This document shows positions 52,966 to 63,657 of a stretch of 64,000 nucleotides of DNA, one piece after another (within the stretch, counting starts at the first letter, position 1; each line of letters begins with the position of its first letter). Below the pieces are notes generated by a model. It made no database searches, was not told the DNA's origin, and worked only from the letters and a program-made list of their open reading frames with translations. The translations under genes and the position numbers were made by a program. The stretch comes from Thermodesulfobacteriota bacterium (lineage in GTDB: Bacteria > Desulfobacterota > Desulfobaccia > Desulfobaccales > 0-14-0-80-60-11): positions 139,808-203,807 of the forward strand of contig JBMORG010000027.1 of NCBI GenBank assembly GCA_049322355.1, read 5' to 3'.

Positions 52966-53140
52966 ATCATCTTTGTGAACATGGAATATTGCCAAGCGCA
53001 GTTTCGTTATTATGTTTTGAAACAAGCAGTTAAACTGCGTCTGCAAATATTTGGGTAGCCGCGGGTTTAGCCTGCAGTTCCACAGGTTGAAAACCTGCGC
53101 CGCCAGATTCTCCAAGAAATTTGGTAGGAGGAAATCTGAA

Positions 53141-54985
53141 ATGCCTGATACCGCGAAGTTGGACCACCTTAAGAAACTGGCCACTCTGATTCGCTACTAT
53201 ATACTCAACATGACCACCCAGGCCGGCTCCGGCCACCCCACTTCGTCCCTGTCGGCCACCGAACTCATGGCTGGCCTGATGTTCGGGGGCATTTTCAGAT
53301 ACGACCTCAACAACCCCAAGCACCCCAACAACGACCGGCTCATCTTTTCCAAGGGGCACGCCACGCCCCTGTTTTATTCCCTGTGGGCTGCAGCCGGCAA
53401 GCTGACCGAAGACGAAATCATGACCTACCGCCATTTCGGCAGCCCCCTGGAGGGGCACCCCACCATGACCTTCCGCTACACCGAAGCGGCCACCGGCTCC
53501 CTGGGGCAGGGCCTGTCCATCGGCCTGGGCATCGCTTTGAACGCCAAGTACCTGGATAAACTGCCCTACACTACCTACGTGCTCCTGGGGGACAGCGAAA
53601 TGGCCGAGGGCTCCCAGTGGGAGACCATGCAGTTGGCGGCCCATTACAAGTTGGATAATCTGGTCGCGGTGCTGGACGTCAACCGGTTGGGGCAGCGGGG
53701 CGAAACCATGTATGGCTGGGACCTGATGGCTTATGAGGACCGGGTTGCCGCGTTCGGCTGGGAGACCATCATCGTCAACGATGGCCATGCCTTTCCCGAG
53801 GTTTTGGCGGCTTACGAAAAAGCCATGACGGTGACCGACAAGCCCATAATGATCATCGCCAAGACCATCAAGGGCAAGGGAGTCTCCTTCATAGAGAATA
53901 TCAACGGCTGGCATGGAAAGCCCCTGAACCAGGAACAGTTGGAGAAGGCCTTGCCTGAGTTGGGCGCCGTGGATAAGTCGGTCCGGGGTGAGGTAAACCG
54001 GCCCGAAGACCTGAAACCGGCGGAGCTTACACCCCAGCCCGCGGCTGCCATGTCTTACCAGCCAGGAGACTCCCTGGCCACCCGGAAGGCTTACGGCAAC
54101 GCCTTGAAACGGCTCTATCCCCAGTTTCCCAACCTGGTGAGCCTGGACGGGGAGGTGAGCAACTCCACCTATGCGGAAATCTTTGAAGAGGCCTACCCCA
54201 AGAAGTTTTTTGAGATGTACATCGCCGAACAGAACATGGTGGGCGCCGGCTTGGGGCTGGCCACCCGGGGCAAAATCCCCTTTGTCTCCACTTTTGCCGC
54301 CTTTTTCTCCCGGGCCTGCGATCAGATCCGCATGAGCCAGTACTCCGATCCCAATCTAAAGTTCGCGGGGTCTCACGCCGGAGTCTCCATCGGTGAAGAC
54401 GGGCCGTCCCAGATGGGCCTGGAAGACCTGGCCATGTTCCGGTCGGTCCGGGACAGCGTGGTGCTCTACCCGGCGGACGCAGTGTCCACCGAGCGCCTGG
54501 TGGAGGCGGCCCTGAAACATCACGGGATTGTCTATATCCGCACCACGCGCTCGGCTACTCCAATCATTTATGGTCCCGATGAGGAGTTTCCCATCGGGGG
54601 CTGCAAGGTGCTGCGCCAGAGCGCCAGCGACGTGGCCACGGTCATCGGGGCCGGTATCACCCTGTTTGAGGCCCTGGCGGCCTATGAGGAATTGCAGAAA
54701 GAGGGCATCAATATTAGGGTCATCGACCTCTACAGCGTCAAGCCGGTGGACGCGCCTACCCTGTTGGCTGCGGCCAAAGCCACCAAAGGCCTGGTCACCG
54801 TGGAAGACCATTACCCTGCCGGTGGCATCGGCGAGGCCGTGTTGGGAGCCCTGGCTCCCAATCCCGTGGCGGTTTATTCCCTGGCGGTGACCAAGAAACC
54901 CAGGAGCGGCAAGCCCGGGCAGCTTTTGGATTTTGAGGAGATTTCCCGGAGCGCCATTATTAAGCTGGTGAAGCAAATTAAGTAG
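53141..54985 (+). CDS. tkt: Transketolase (614-aa short-type)
   Basis: ATG 53141 after GGTAGGAGG. GSGHPTSSLSATE (ThDP motif), GDSEMAEGSQWE and EDGPSQMGLEDLA motifs. Confidence 0.95.
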   Translation: MPDTAKLDHLKKLATLIRYYILNMTTQAGSGHPTSSLSATELMAGLMFGGIFRYDLNNPKHPNNDRLIFSKGHATPLFYSLWAAAGKLTEDEIMTYRHFGSPLEGHPTMTFRYTEAATGSLGQGLSIGLGIALNAKYLDKLPYTTYVLLGDSEMAEGSQWETMQLAAHYKLDNLVAVLDVNRLGQRGETMYGWDLMAYEDRVAAFGWETIIVNDGHAFPEVLAAYEKAMTVTDKPIMIIAKTIKGKGVSFIENINGWHGKPLNQEQLEKALPELGAVDKSVRGEVNRPEDLKPAELTPQPAAAMSYQPGDSLATRKAYGNALKRLYPQFPNLVSLDGEVSNSTYAEIFEEAYPKKFFEMYIAEQNMVGAGLGLATRGKIPFVSTFAAFFSRACDQIRMSQYSDPNLKFAGSHAGVSIGEDGPSQMGLEDLAMFRSVRDSVVLYPADAVSTERLVEAALKHHGIVYIRTTRSATPIIYGPDEEFPIGGCKVLRQSASDVATVIGAGITLFEALAAYEELQKEGINIRVIDLYSVKPVDAPTLLAAAKATKGLVTVEDHYPAGGIGEAVLGALAPNPVAVYSLAVTKKPRSGKPGQLLDFEEISRSAIIKLVKQIK

Positions 54986-55076
54986 GGACAAATAGAGATT
55001 CTGGTTGGGAAGGGGCTTTGGATTATGGCGGGCACGTAGGCCCGTAGCAACGACTTCGGCGGCACCGGGATTTATT

Positions 55077-55106
55077 ACCGAAAACCGAAAACTGAAAACC
55101 GAAAAC
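55077..55106 (+). repeat. Tandem heptamer (CCGAAAA)x4 upstream of rpiB
   Basis: ccgaaaa ccgaaaa ctgaaaa ccgaaaa cc, 19 nt upstream of the rpiB ATG. Preceded by a GGCGGGCACGTAGGCCCGT hairpin variant (55028-55045). Confidence 0.85.
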
Positions 55107-55124
55107 CCAAGAAGGGAGCATGCC

Positions 55125-55568
55125 ATGCGTTTAGGCGTCGCCGCGGACCACGGTGGCTTTGAACTGAAGGAGCAGATGAAGGAAGACCTCAAGACTATGG
55201 GATATGAGGTCATAGACTACGGCGCCCATGAGTATGCCCCCGAAGACGACTTTCCCGACTTGGTGGTGCCCCTGGCCCGGGCCGTGGCCGCAGGCGAGGT
55301 GGAACGGGGCATTGCCTTTTGCGGCAGCGGCGTGGGGGCCTGCGTGGCGGTAAACAAGGTGCCGGGCGCCCGGAGCGCGCTTATCACCGACTCCTACTCC
55401 GCCCACCAAGGGGTGGAAGACGACGACATGAACATCATGTGTTTGGGGGGCCGGGTGACCTGCTATGCCCTGGCCTTGGAGTTGATCAAGAGTTTCCTGG
55501 AAGCCAAATTTAAAGGCGAAGAGCGGTTCAGGCGGCGGCTGGACAAAATTAAGGCCCTGGAAAAATAG
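55125..55568 (+). CDS. rpiB: Ribose-5-phosphate isomerase B
   Basis: MRLGVAADHGGFELKE..., CGSGVGACVAVNKVPGAR motif. 147 aa. Confidence 0.93.
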   Translation: MRLGVAADHGGFELKEQMKEDLKTMGYEVIDYGAHEYAPEDDFPDLVVPLARAVAAGEVERGIAFCGSGVGACVAVNKVPGARSALITDSYSAHQGVEDDDMNIMCLGGRVTCYALALELIKSFLEAKFKGEERFRRRLDKIKALEK

Positions 55569-55579
55569 GAGAATCAGGC

Positions 55580-56707
55580 ATGAAAGCAAACCCTTTGGTG
55601 AAATTGGGTGCCTTTGGCCAGAGCATCTGGCTGGATTATATCCGCCGGCAAATGATCGACTCCGGGGAACTGAAAAAATTCATCGATGAAGACGGACTTA
55701 AGGGGGTCACCTCCAACCCGGCTATTTTCGAAAAGGCCATTGCCGGGTCCGACGACTACAACCAGGCGATCCGCACCCTGGCTCTAGCGGGCAAGTCCAT
55801 CCAGGAAATTTACCAGGTTCTCACCGTAGAGGACGTGGGCCGGGCCGCAGACCTGTTTCGGCCTCTCCATGACCATTTGCACGGCCAAGACGGTTTCGTC
55901 AGCCTGGAGGTCAACCCCCACCTGGCCCACGACACCCAGGGCACCATTGCCGAGGCCCGGCGCTTGTGGCAGGCCCTTAACCGCCCCAATGTTTTGATCA
56001 AGGTCCCGGCCACCAAAGCCGGACTGCCCGCCATCCGGCAGCTCATCAGTGAGGGCGTCAACGTCAACGTCACCCTGCTTTTCGGCCTGCCCCGCTATAA
56101 GGAGGTGGCGGAGGCCTACCTTTCCGGCCTGGAAGCCCGGGCGGCAACCGGCGCAACCCTGAACCGGGTGGCGTCGGTGGCCAGTTTCTTTTTGAGCCGC
56201 ATCGACGTGCTCCTGGACCCCCAACTTGAGGCCATGGCCGCGGCAGGCGGGGCCAACGCCAAAGGGGCCAAGGAGCTGCAAGGGCAGATTGCCATCGCCA
56301 GCGCCAAAATTGCCTACACCATCTATCAGGAAATCTTCGGGAGCGACCGTTTTAAGAAACTGGCCGCCCAGGGGGCCAGGCCCCAGCGCCTTCTTTGGGC
56401 CAGCACCAGCACCAAAAACCCGGCGTACCCGGACGTCAAGTATGTGGAGCCCCTCATCGGCCCCGAGACCGTGAACACTCTGCCCTTAGAGACCCTGGAG
56501 GCCTACCGGGACCACGGCGACCCCGCCTCCCGCCTCACGGAGGGCGTGGACCGGGCCGCCAGTTACCTGCAACGCCTGCCGGAATTGGGCCTTGACCTCA
56601 ACCAGGCGACCCAGCAGTTGGAAGACGAGGGGGTGGAGAAGTTTAATAAACCCTTTGACTCCCTCATGTGCACTCTGGAGGGCAAGCGCCGGGAGGCCCT
56701 GCCGTGA
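55580..56707 (+). CDS. tal: Transaldolase (about 370-aa type)
   Basis: GQSIWLDYIRR, GVTSNPAIFEKAI and LIKVPAT motifs. Confidence 0.93.
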   Translation: MKANPLVKLGAFGQSIWLDYIRRQMIDSGELKKFIDEDGLKGVTSNPAIFEKAIAGSDDYNQAIRTLALAGKSIQEIYQVLTVEDVGRAADLFRPLHDHLHGQDGFVSLEVNPHLAHDTQGTIAEARRLWQALNRPNVLIKVPATKAGLPAIRQLISEGVNVNVTLLFGLPRYKEVAEAYLSGLEARAATGATLNRVASVASFFLSRIDVLLDPQLEAMAAAGGANAKGAKELQGQIAIASAKIAYTIYQEIFGSDRFKKLAAQGARPQRLLWASTSTKNPAYPDVKYVEPLIGPETVNTLPLETLEAYRDHGDPASRLTEGVDRAASYLQRLPELGLDLNQATQQLEDEGVEKFNKPFDSLMCTLEGKRREALP

Positions 56708-57321
56708 GCGCCACCTCCATTACCCATATCTTTTCGGATATCGGCGGGGTTTTGCTCACCAACGGCTGGGACCGCCACATGCGCCAAGACGCAGCCATAA
56801 GCTTCGGCCTGGACCTGGAGGAATTGAACGACCGGCACAAGATGAGCTTCGACACCTACGAGGAAGGCAAACTCAACCTGGACACCTATCTGAACCAGGT
56901 GGTGTTCCACCAGGAACGGCCCTTCACCCGGGAGGACTTCAAGGAATTCATGTTCGCCCAGTCCAAGCCCAAGGTGGAGATGATCAACCTGGTGAGCACC
57001 CTCAAGTGGAAATACCGCTTGAAGACCGCAGCCATCAGCAACGAAGGGCGGGAGCTGACCATTTATCGGATCAGGAAATTCGACCTCACCGCGCTGTTCG
57101 ATTATTTCGTGTCGTCCTGCTTTGTCCATTTCCGCAAGCCGGACGTGGACATCTACCGCATAGCCCTGGACATCTCCCAGGCGGACCCGGCCCGGTCCGT
57201 CTATATCGATGACCGGGCCCTGTTTGTGGAGATCGCCCAGAGCCTGGGACTCCATGGCATTCATCATACCGACTTTGCGGTCACTCGCCGCAAATTGCAG
57301 GAGCTGGGCCTGGAAGAATAG
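56704..57321 (+). CDS. HAD-superfamily phosphatase, YihX-like motif I (DxGxV)
   Basis: GTG start overlaps the tal stop (GTGA). IFSDIGGVLLTNGWD motif I; ISNEGRE motif II; the YIDD region is motif IV. Confidence 0.75.
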   Translation: MSATSITHIFSDIGGVLLTNGWDRHMRQDAAISFGLDLEELNDRHKMSFDTYEEGKLNLDTYLNQVVFHQERPFTREDFKEFMFAQSKPKVEMINLVSTLKWKYRLKTAAISNEGRELTIYRIRKFDLTALFDYFVSSCFVHFRKPDVDIYRIALDISQADPARSVYIDDRALFVEIAQSLGLHGIHHTDFAVTRRKLQELGLEE

Positions 57322-57375
57322 TCAATGAACGGAACTTATTTCTGCATTAGGCTAAAGGGGGATTAGGGGCAATAC

Positions 57376-57552
57376 GGTTCACTTAAGCGGTTTTTTCTAA
57401 GGAATTAGAGGGCAGGGCCCACCCCGCATTACATTTTCTTGTCATGCTGAGCGCAGCGAAGCATCTCGTGTTTGGAGATTCTTCGGTCGCCTTTGGCTCC
57501 CTCAGAATGACAAGAGAGATAGATTCATAGTTCCTCTCGGGCTTAAGTGAAC
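57376..57552. repeat. Nested palindrome: perfect 12-bp outer arms GTTCACTTAAGC / GCTTAAGTGAAC enclosing family 2 copy c (57439-57513)
   Basis: Inner element ttgtcatgctgagcgcagcgaagcatctc...gagattcttcggtcgcctttggctccctcagaatgacaa. Family-5-like GGGGATTAGGGG / GGGATTAAGGGGATT motifs flank the outer arms. Confidence 0.85.
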
Positions 57553-57719
57553 AGCATTGGGATTAAGGGGATTATCAAACAGTTATTTAATCCCCCCTGC
57601 CCCCCGAGAAAAGGGGGAAATTCTTTTCTGCGGGAATTTCCTTGGCTGATTCAAGATTATGTCTGAATTAGGTTTTGAAAGGGCTGCAGTTTGCAGCGAA
57701 TCTAGGAGTGGAGATCGTT

Positions 57720-59132
57720 ATGAGCAACCAGGATTGTGATATCGGCCTGATCGGCCTGGGGACCATGGGTCGCAATTTTATCCTGAACATGGCGGACCAC
57801 GGTTTTTCCGTGGCTGCGTATAACCGCACCACCGCGAAAACCAAAGAGTTCATGGAAACCGAAGTTGGCCCCCGTAATATCCAGGCCGGTTATGACTTGA
57901 AAGAGTTTGTCGGCCTGCTGAAACCGCCCCGGGCGCTGATTATGCTGGTGGCGGCCGGCGATCCGGTGGATGCAGTGATCCGGGAATTGCTGCCATTGCT
58001 GGAGCCTGGCGACCTGATCATCGACGGCGGCAACTCCCATTTCACCGACACCAACCGGCGGGGCAAATTCCTGACCGGGAAAAACCTGCAATTTATGGGC
58101 ATGGGAATCTCTGGGGGTGAGGCCGGCGCCCGCTATGGCCCCAGCCTGATGCCCGGCGGCTCCCGAGAGATGTACGACCGGGTGGGCCCCATCCTGGAGG
58201 CGGCCGCGGCCCACGTCAACGGCGACCCCTGCGTCACCTATCTCGGGCCGGGCTCCGCCGGCCACTATGTCAAGATGGTCCACAACGGCATCGAATACGG
58301 CATCATGGAACTGATCGTAGAGACCTATGATCTCCTGAAGCGGGGTCTGGGCCTGACGCCGGAGGATTTGGCCACTATCTACGACACCTGGAACCGGGCC
58401 GAGCTTAACTCCTACCTCATGGAGATCACCGCCAAAATCTTTACCCGAAAAGACGACCGGTCCGATAAGTTTTTAGTTGATATGATTCTGGACAAGGCCA
58501 AGCAGAAAGGCACCGGCATGTGGACCTCCTGGGATGCCATGGACCTCCAGGTGGCGACGCCCACCATCGATGTGGCGGTAGTCATGCGGGACCTGTCGGG
58601 CGCTAAGGAGGAGCGCCAAGCTGCGGCCCGGTTCCTGGTGGGGCCTTCCCCCACCTTTACGGGAGATAAGGAGGGCTTCATCGGCCAGTTGCGAAGCGCC
58701 CTCTACGCTTCCATAATCGCCACCTATGCCCAGGGGATGGCCTTGCTCCAGAAGGCTTCCGCCGTCTATGGCTATAACCTGGACCTGGAGGCCGTGGCGC
58801 GTATCTGGCGGGGCGGCTGCATCATCCGGGCGGCCCTTCTGGAGGATATCCGCAACGCCTACAAAGCCAAGCCTGATTTGGCCAATCTTCTCCTGGACCC
58901 TCGCCTGGGCAAGGAATTTCTGAGCCGGCAATCCGACTTGCGGGAAGTGGTGAAAATGGCCGTCACCCTTGGCCTGCCGGCCCCGGCTTTTATGGCGACC
59001 CTGGGATACTTTGACGCTTATCGCAGCGCCGTGCTGCCCGCCAACCTGATCCAGGCCCAACGGGACTTTTTCGGGTCGCACCAATATGAACGCGTCGACA
59101 CCCCCGGCAGTTTTCATACCGAATGGGAGTAG
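57720..59132 (+). CDS. gnd: 6-phosphogluconate dehydrogenase (decarboxylating)
   Basis: ATG 57720 after AGGAGTGGAG. IGLIGLGTMGRN, GGNSHF and MVHNGIEYG motifs. 470 aa. Confidence 0.95.
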   Translation: MSNQDCDIGLIGLGTMGRNFILNMADHGFSVAAYNRTTAKTKEFMETEVGPRNIQAGYDLKEFVGLLKPPRALIMLVAAGDPVDAVIRELLPLLEPGDLIIDGGNSHFTDTNRRGKFLTGKNLQFMGMGISGGEAGARYGPSLMPGGSREMYDRVGPILEAAAAHVNGDPCVTYLGPGSAGHYVKMVHNGIEYGIMELIVETYDLLKRGLGLTPEDLATIYDTWNRAELNSYLMEITAKIFTRKDDRSDKFLVDMILDKAKQKGTGMWTSWDAMDLQVATPTIDVAVVMRDLSGAKEERQAAARFLVGPSPTFTGDKEGFIGQLRSALYASIIATYAQGMALLQKASAVYGYNLDLEAVARIWRGGCIIRAALLEDIRNAYKAKPDLANLLLDPRLGKEFLSRQSDLREVVKMAVTLGLPAPAFMATLGYFDAYRSAVLPANLIQAQRDFFGSHQYERVDTPGSFHTEWE

Positions 59133-59270
59133 TCAGTAGCCAGTAGTCAGTGGTCAAAAAGACTGGGCTTGGGGAGAAAAAGGGAGGGTAGCCAGGGAAT
59201 AATGTTGCAAAATAATGCAAAACGGATTTGAGTTTTTGCTGACTGCTGGCTACTGACCACTGACTACTGC
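59129..59270. repeat. Long inverted repeat of (AGTAGTCAGTGGTC/AGTAGCC) units spanning the gnd-zwf spacer
   Basis: Left arm gtagtcagtagccagtagtcagtggtca (it overlaps the gnd TAG stop). Right arm gctgactgctggctactgaccactgactactgc. About 80 nt lie between the arms. Confidence 0.8.
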
Positions 59271-59286
59271 TTTTTCAGGAGGCCCT

Positions 59287-60840
59287 ATGGGAAGCGATCA
59301 CCGGCCGGACCCCACGATTTTCATCATTTTCGGGGGCGCCGGCGACCTCGCCTGGCGCAAGCTCATTCCTGCCCTCTATAATCTCTACCTGGACCAGTGG
59401 CTGCCGGAGAAATTTCTGATTATCGGCACCGGTCACCGGCATGCCAACGAGGAACAATTTCGCCAACACCTGCGGGAGGGGTTGGACAAATTTTCCCGCC
59501 GGGGCAAAACGTTAGACGATGAATGGCAGCGGTTTGCGGCGCATCTGAATTTTATGGCGGCAGACCTGGACAATCTCGAGGTCTTCGGGGACCTGGCCAA
59601 GAAGCTGGCCGACCAGGACAAAACTTGGGATACCAAGGCCAACCGCATCTTTTATCTAAGTCTGCCCCCCAGCATGATCGACCCCATCGCCCGGGAACTG
59701 GGCAAAGCCAAGCTCAACCTGGATCGCAAGCGCAGCCGCATCGTGGTGGAAAAACCCTTCGGCCATGATTTGGAGTCCGCCCAAAAGCTAAACCGCGACT
59801 TGGGGGAGATCTTTCATGAATCCCAGATTTTTCGTATCGACCACTATCTGGGCAAAGAAACGGTTCAGAATATTTTGGCCTTTCGTTTTGCCAACACCCT
59901 GTTTGAGCCCATCTGGAACCGCCACTACATTGACCATGTGCAGATTACCGTGGCGGAGGCCGAAGGGGTAGGCAGCCGGGCCCATTACTACGACCATGCC
60001 GGGGCCTTGCGGGACATGATCCAGAACCACCTGCTCACCATCATGTGCCTCATTGCCATGGAGCCCCCCATCTCTTTCAGCGACAACGAAGTGCGCAACA
60101 AAAAGGTAGACGTGCTGCGGGCCATCCGGCCCATCCCGCCGGATCAGGTCCACCGCTTCGCGGTGCGGGGGCAATACGGTCCCGGGACCTTGGACGGGGA
60201 AATGGTCAAGGACTACCGCTCCGAAACCGACGTGGCTCCCAATTCTCCCATCGATACCTTTGCCGCGGTGAAACTCGAGGTTGATAATTGGCGCTGGCAG
60301 GGAGTGCCCTTTTACCTGCGCACCGGCAAACGCTTGCCCACCAAGATCTCAGAGGTCTCCATCCAGTTCCGGGGGGTGCCTCATCAGAGCTTCCCGGCAG
60401 CCTCGGTGATGGACTGGCGGCCCAACCGGCTTATCATCGCCATCCAGCCGGAGGAAGGTATCTTTCTGCGGTTTGAGTCCAAGTATCCGGGCCCCACCAT
60501 GCGGTTGTCTCCGGTAATGATGCAATTTTTTTACCGGGAGGCCTTTAAAGTGGCGACGCCGGAGGCCTATGAGACTCTGCTGCTGGACGTGATGTTGGGG
60601 GACGCCACCCTGTTTATGCGGGCCGACCAGACCGAAGTCGCCTGGTCCATTCTCATGCCGATCCTGCAAGTTTGGAACACCATAGCCCCCACGGACTTTC
60701 CCAACTATGCCGCAGGCACCTGGGGGCCTGATGCGGCCGACACCTTGATAGCCCAGGACGGGCGCAATTGGCTGACCCCCACCTTTCTTCAGTGTCAGGG
60801 AGACCAACCCGTCTGCCGGGTGACCATGGTGAAGCCATGA
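59287..60840 (+). CDS. zwf: Glucose-6-phosphate 1-dehydrogenase
   Basis: [22 protein letters not shown] and EKPFG motifs. 517 aa. Confidence 0.96.
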   Translation: MGSDHRPDPTIFIIFGGAGDLAWRKLIPALYNLYLDQWLPEKFLIIGTGHRHANEEQFRQHLREGLDKFSRRGKTLDDEWQRFAAHLNFMAADLDNLEVFGDLAKKLADQDKTWDTKANRIFYLSLPPSMIDPIARELGKAKLNLDRKRSRIVVEKPFGHDLESAQKLNRDLGEIFHESQIFRIDHYLGKETVQNILAFRFANTLFEPIWNRHYIDHVQITVAEAEGVGSRAHYYDHAGALRDMIQNHLLTIMCLIAMEPPISFSDNEVRNKKVDVLRAIRPIPPDQVHRFAVRGQYGPGTLDGEMVKDYRSETDVAPNSPIDTFAAVKLEVDNWRWQGVPFYLRTGKRLPTKISEVSIQFRGVPHQSFPAASVMDWRPNRLIIAIQPEEGIFLRFESKYPGPTMRLSPVMMQFFYREAFKVATPEAYETLLLDVMLGDATLFMRADQTEVAWSILMPILQVWNTIAPTDFPNYAAGTWGPDAADTLIAQDGRNWLTPTFLQCQGDQPVCRVTMVKP

Positions 60841-61577
60841 TCAAAGTATATCCCGATCTGGAGTCTTTGAGCTATGCGGCGGCCACTTTGTTGGTGGAAC
60901 AGGCCAATCAGGCCGTATCCGCCCGGGGCCGGTTCAGCGTGGCCCTCTCTGGAGGCCATACTCCCCGGCGCACCTATGAATTGCTGACCGCTCCACCCTT
61001 CAAGGATCAGGCTCCCTGGGACCGAATCCATATCTTCTGGGGGGATGAACGCTGCGTGCCCCTGGACGACCCCCGGAGCAACGCCCGCATGGCCAAAGAG
61101 GCTTGGCTGGACCACGTGCCCATTCCTGAAAATCAGATTTACCCTATGGACTGCGCTAAAGCTCCAAGGGAGGCGGCCCTCCAATACGAGGCGGAACTGC
61201 GGGAGTTCTTCACCGGAGGGCCTCCTTACCTTGATCTGGTGTTGTTGGGATTGGGCGACAACGGCCACACCGCCTCGCTGTTTCCGGGCACGCCGGTGCT
61301 GAAGGAAACCCAGCGCTGGGCTGCGGAAGTTTACGTGGCCGAGCAGGATATGTATCGGGTCACTTTGACCGCGCCTTTTATTAATCAGGCGGCGCTGGTG
61401 GCCTTTTTGGTGGCGGGTGAGGCCAAAGCCGGCGTCTTACGGGAAATCCTATATGGCCCCCGGGCCCCGGAACGCCTGCCGGCCCAACTCATCCACCCTC
61501 AAGCCGGTGAACTCTTCTGGTTGACTGACCTTAAAGCTGCGGCTCAGCTAGCGGATAAAAAGAATTACATTGCTTAG
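60837..61577 (+). CDS. pgl: 6-phosphogluconolactonase
   Basis: ATG overlaps the zwf stop (ATGA). [17 protein letters not shown] and [15 protein letters not shown] motifs. Confidence 0.9.
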   Translation: MIKVYPDLESLSYAAATLLVEQANQAVSARGRFSVALSGGHTPRRTYELLTAPPFKDQAPWDRIHIFWGDERCVPLDDPRSNARMAKEAWLDHVPIPENQIYPMDCAKAPREAALQYEAELREFFTGGPPYLDLVLLGLGDNGHTASLFPGTPVLKETQRWAAEVYVAEQDMYRVTLTAPFINQAALVAFLVAGEAKAGVLREILYGPRAPERLPAQLIHPQAGELFWLTDLKAAAQLADKKNYIA

Positions 61578-61770
61578 CATGCCAAAACTGACGCTTGCCT
61601 GAAACTCCTGCCAACTAACTTGTATTATTTTCTTTATTTCAATTTATAAATTTATTATAAGATAAAACCATAAACGAGATACTATCTCTCCCGGTTAGAG
61701 GATGATGTTGGGGTCAGGATGATGTATTTTCTTTTTTCCTCCAAATAATAATGGGGCCTGGAGATAGGTC

Positions 61771-63657
61771 ATGGAAGATTTAAATCTTCTCAAAAAAGTT
61801 CCTCTGTTTTCCGATCTCCCTGATCAGGATTTAAAGGTGCTGGCTGAAGTAGGTCACGAAGAGCATTATCCCCAGGACAGTATCATTATCGATGAAGGCG
61901 AGATTAATAATTCCCTATATTTCCTGGTTGCGGGTCAAGTAAAAGTCTGCCTGGAAAAAATTTCTGGAAGACCGGTTACTCTCTCGGTATTAAAAAAGGG
62001 AAGTCTATTCGGAGAGGTTTGCCTAATAGGAAATGAAAGACCATCACCCAAAGTAGTGGCATTAACAGACACTACATTGATACGCTTTGAAAAAAATGAT
62101 TTTCTTCATGGAATAAGTAATGATCCAGTTATTCTAGCTAATATACTGCGAGAAACATGCTTTAGACAAAGTCATAATACTGATAATTTGTTTGATAATG
62201 GAGATGATATTGAGTGTGAAAGTAAGTTACATAAGGAGATATCAATATTTGAAAAAAGATTTGCCATCGAACTGGAAGGGATAAAATTAATCTCAAAAAA
62301 AATTGAAGACATTTCAAATGATACCAGTTCCTATATTAAAGATAAATCTGAAGAAACTATATCATGGGTAGAACAGAGGTCCAAGGAAGCGATTGAATCC
62401 AGCGAAAAAAGGTCCCTGGAAGTCACCGAGCGCGCCGAAAAACAGGCAAGGCTAGCCATTGACTTGGCTGAAAAAACTATTGCTAAAGCCTTAGAAGAGG
62501 CTAACACCCGCACCGAAGCAATGATCTCCCAGATTGAAAAAGCCATCATTTCGACACGGGCTGAAACTGAGGCATCCATTAAAAAAGTGGAGCTATTCTG
62601 GAACAATATTAAGAAAGGAGTAGTTTTATTAAGTTCCGGTCTGGCGATACTTGGATCAATATTGGTATGGCTTGGTTATCCAGAATTTAAGCGCGTTATG
62701 GAAGTAAGGGAAAACATAAAAGAAAATCAAGAATATATTGAAAAAATCAAAAAGAATGTGGAATTAGACTCTTCGCAGTTAAAAGACAAAATGCAAACGT
62801 TTAAAAATCAGTTGGGTGAGTTGGCCGCGCTGAAAGCCATGGTTTTGACTATCGGCAGGATTAGGCATGAATCTCAATTAGGAAGGGATGAGGTAGACAG
62901 TTATAAAAAGGCACATATTACCTATAATGAAAACCGGGAAAAATTGTTAATTTACTTTTCCCCTCCTAGTAGTAATGAGTATCAACCGGAAGTAATTGTA
63001 GAGGCTTTAAATAATTTTTTACATTTGATATATTATTCGAATTTTGATACAATAAAAGAGAAGGAAAAAAATAATATCTTGAGTACTTGTCGGGAAAGTT
63101 TAACGTTAGTAAAAAATAAAGACTTTCGGTACCGTTTAAAAGTGCGTGAAAATCTTATTATTTTTGGTCAAATTCTTAAGAAAAGAAGTCCTGATTTCTA
63201 TAATGATCAGTTTATTCCAACATTTAATAGTATCTTGATAGAAAAAGAAGTTGATGACGATGCAAAATTTACTGTGGCCGAGGTTCTGGCAGCGTTAGGG
63301 GAAGGCAGTGATGAATGCGTTAATTTTTTAGTAAAGTATTTTGAAAAGACTGACAAAAAATGGAGACGGGCTAGCGCTGCTGTAAGCTTGCTTTATCTCA
63401 AAAACCAGAAAGGTCACGATTATCTGTTCAACGAATTGAAACAACCCCACGGAGAGCGGCGCGAAATTGCCGTCCTCACTTTAGGTGAGGCCGTGGCCAA
63501 AAGTGATGCTATAAGTCTTGATGACAATGATCGCAGAATATTATTGCGCCGCATTGAAGAAGAAATAAACCTCGCCCATAACCGGTTTCGAAAGGATTAT
63601 GCGGAGGCCATACTGAAGAAGTTGAAGGAAAAGGAAACTTTACGGAGTGCGAGATAG
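61771..63657 (+). CDS. Hypothetical cNMP-binding-domain protein with coiled-coil, single TM and C-terminal HEAT-like helical repeats; AT-rich, probably horizontally acquired
   Basis: aa 5-125 are a CAP/Crp-type cNMP-binding fold (VPLFSDL..., GSLFGEVCL). aa 150-280 are a charged coiled coil. TM at GVVLLSSGLAILGSILVWLGY (aa 283-303). A second coiled coil follows, and aa about 400-628 are helical repeats. Sampled 60-nt lines are 20-35% G+C, against 60-70% in the flanks. Confidence 0.8.
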   Translation: MEDLNLLKKVPLFSDLPDQDLKVLAEVGHEEHYPQDSIIIDEGEINNSLYFLVAGQVKVCLEKISGRPVTLSVLKKGSLFGEVCLIGNERPSPKVVALTDTTLIRFEKNDFLHGISNDPVILANILRETCFRQSHNTDNLFDNGDDIECESKLHKEISIFEKRFAIELEGIKLISKKIEDISNDTSSYIKDKSEETISWVEQRSKEAIESSEKRSLEVTERAEKQARLAIDLAEKTIAKALEEANTRTEAMISQIEKAIISTRAETEASIKKVELFWNNIKKGVVLLSSGLAILGSILVWLGYPEFKRVMEVRENIKENQEYIEKIKKNVELDSSQLKDKMQTFKNQLGELAALKAMVLTIGRIRHESQLGRDEVDSYKKAHITYNENREKLLIYFSPPSSNEYQPEVIVEALNNFLHLIYYSNFDTIKEKEKNNILSTCRESLTLVKNKDFRYRLKVRENLIIFGQILKKRSPDFYNDQFIPTFNSILIEKEVDDDAKFTVAEVLAALGEGSDECVNFLVKYFEKTDKKWRRASAAVSLLYLKNQKGHDYLFNELKQPHGERREIAVLTLGEAVAKSDAISLDDNDRRILLRRIEEEINLAHNRFRKDYAEAILKKLKEKETLRSAR

